Made by a program: the position numbers and the translations under genes. The notes beneath the pieces were generated by a model. That model worked only from the letters and a program-made list of their open reading frames with translations, was not told the DNA's origin and made no database searches. Positions 25,317 through 25,857 of a stretch of 25,857 nt of DNA are shown in pieces. Positions within the stretch are counted from its first letter, which is position 1; each line of letters opens with the position of its first letter. This DNA comes from a virus (Duplodnaviria > Caudoviricetes), in IMG/VR virus record IMGVR_UViG_3300029448_000378, positions 1 to 25,857 of that record; one strand, given 5' to 3'.

Positions 25317-25857
25317 TGGCTATAGCAGCATCAGGGGCAGTATCTTTTAGCAACTTACGAACTGAGTTTGTAGGTGGCTCTGGTGCTATCTCATATTCTA
25401 ACTTGTATCGTGGCGGGTCTAATATAAGAGCAAAAGCTGGAAACAATACTGGTGTAAATCTTGCTGCTTCTGTTCCAACTAGCGGTGCAATTAACTTTAC
25501 TAACTTTCGTAGTCAAGCCAAAGGCTTCCGGTTTACATACACAACAACATCAACCGATCAAGATGCTGACACATTGTTTGGCTCTGACTACGCTGTAGAC
25601 TATCCAAAAGAAATTGTCATCAATAGCGGCGTTACGATTGGCGGTGTATCTGATGACGCATTAGATATTCCAAGCACTCTTGCTGGCACTCTTGTTATCA
25701 ACAACAATGGTTCGATCATAGGCAAGGCTGGTACAGCTAACGGTGGTGCTGGCGGTCACGCTATCAATAACGCAGCTTCAAACGTAACTATCAACAACGC
25801 TGGCAGTTTGCTTGCTGGAGGCGGTGGTGGAGGCCAAGGCGGGACTGGCGGCAACGG
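25316..25857 (+). CDS. glycine-rich tail fibre adhesin (gp38-like), copy 2, truncated by window end
   Basis: Open frame MAIAASGAVSFSNLRTEFVGGSGAISYSNLYRGG..., paralogous to 24016-25104; not in ORF track. Confidence 0.85.
   Translation, partial: MAIAASGAVSFSNLRTEFVGGSGAISYSNLYRGGSNIRAKAGNNTGVNLAASVPTSGAINFTNFRSQAKGFRFTYTTTSTDQDADTLFGSDYAVDYPKEIVINSGVTIGGVSDDALDIPSTLAGTLVINNNGSIIGKAGTANGGAGGHAINNAASNVTINNAGSLLAGGGGGGQGGTGGN

Noticed and set aside
24016-25857. Diversity-generating retroelement or invertible shufflon
   Set aside because: No reverse transcriptase or recombinase in the window, differences between copies are not adenine-specific, and the repeats are direct.

Overview
This window is part of a tailed dsDNA phage genome (or prophage) with a podovirus-type virion module, probably from a marine Proteobacteria-infecting phage; the host is an inference. 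Bases 1-2162 hold a leftward operon of five hypothetical genes and ssb. Bases ~2230-2790 are a non-coding interval very dense in hairpins. From 2818 to the end a rightward morphogenesis operon runs: terS, a Gly/Ser-rich protein, terL, a permuted papain-like protein, portal, scaffold, major capsid protein, small basic proteins (three missed by the ORF track), tail tubular proteins A and B, three ejection proteins, a tail fibre and tandem adhesin cassettes. The most notable observations are: (1) the largest ejection protein has an N-terminal pesticin-like muramidase followed by an A9 run whose two shifted frames stop almost at once, so one gene may give a free muramidase and a virion fusion; (2) the same protein carries an AT-rich ADP-ribosyltransferase-like insert; (3) a 'fibre tip + gp38-like adhesin' cassette is duplicated at an exact 1300-bp offset; (4) the intergenic interval folds preferentially on the + strand; (5) a GTGWATT promoter-like motif recurs before the main late gene blocks; (6) the capsid leader has a nested, repeated internal-loop motif. 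All family calls come from motif recognition by eye; no searches were run.
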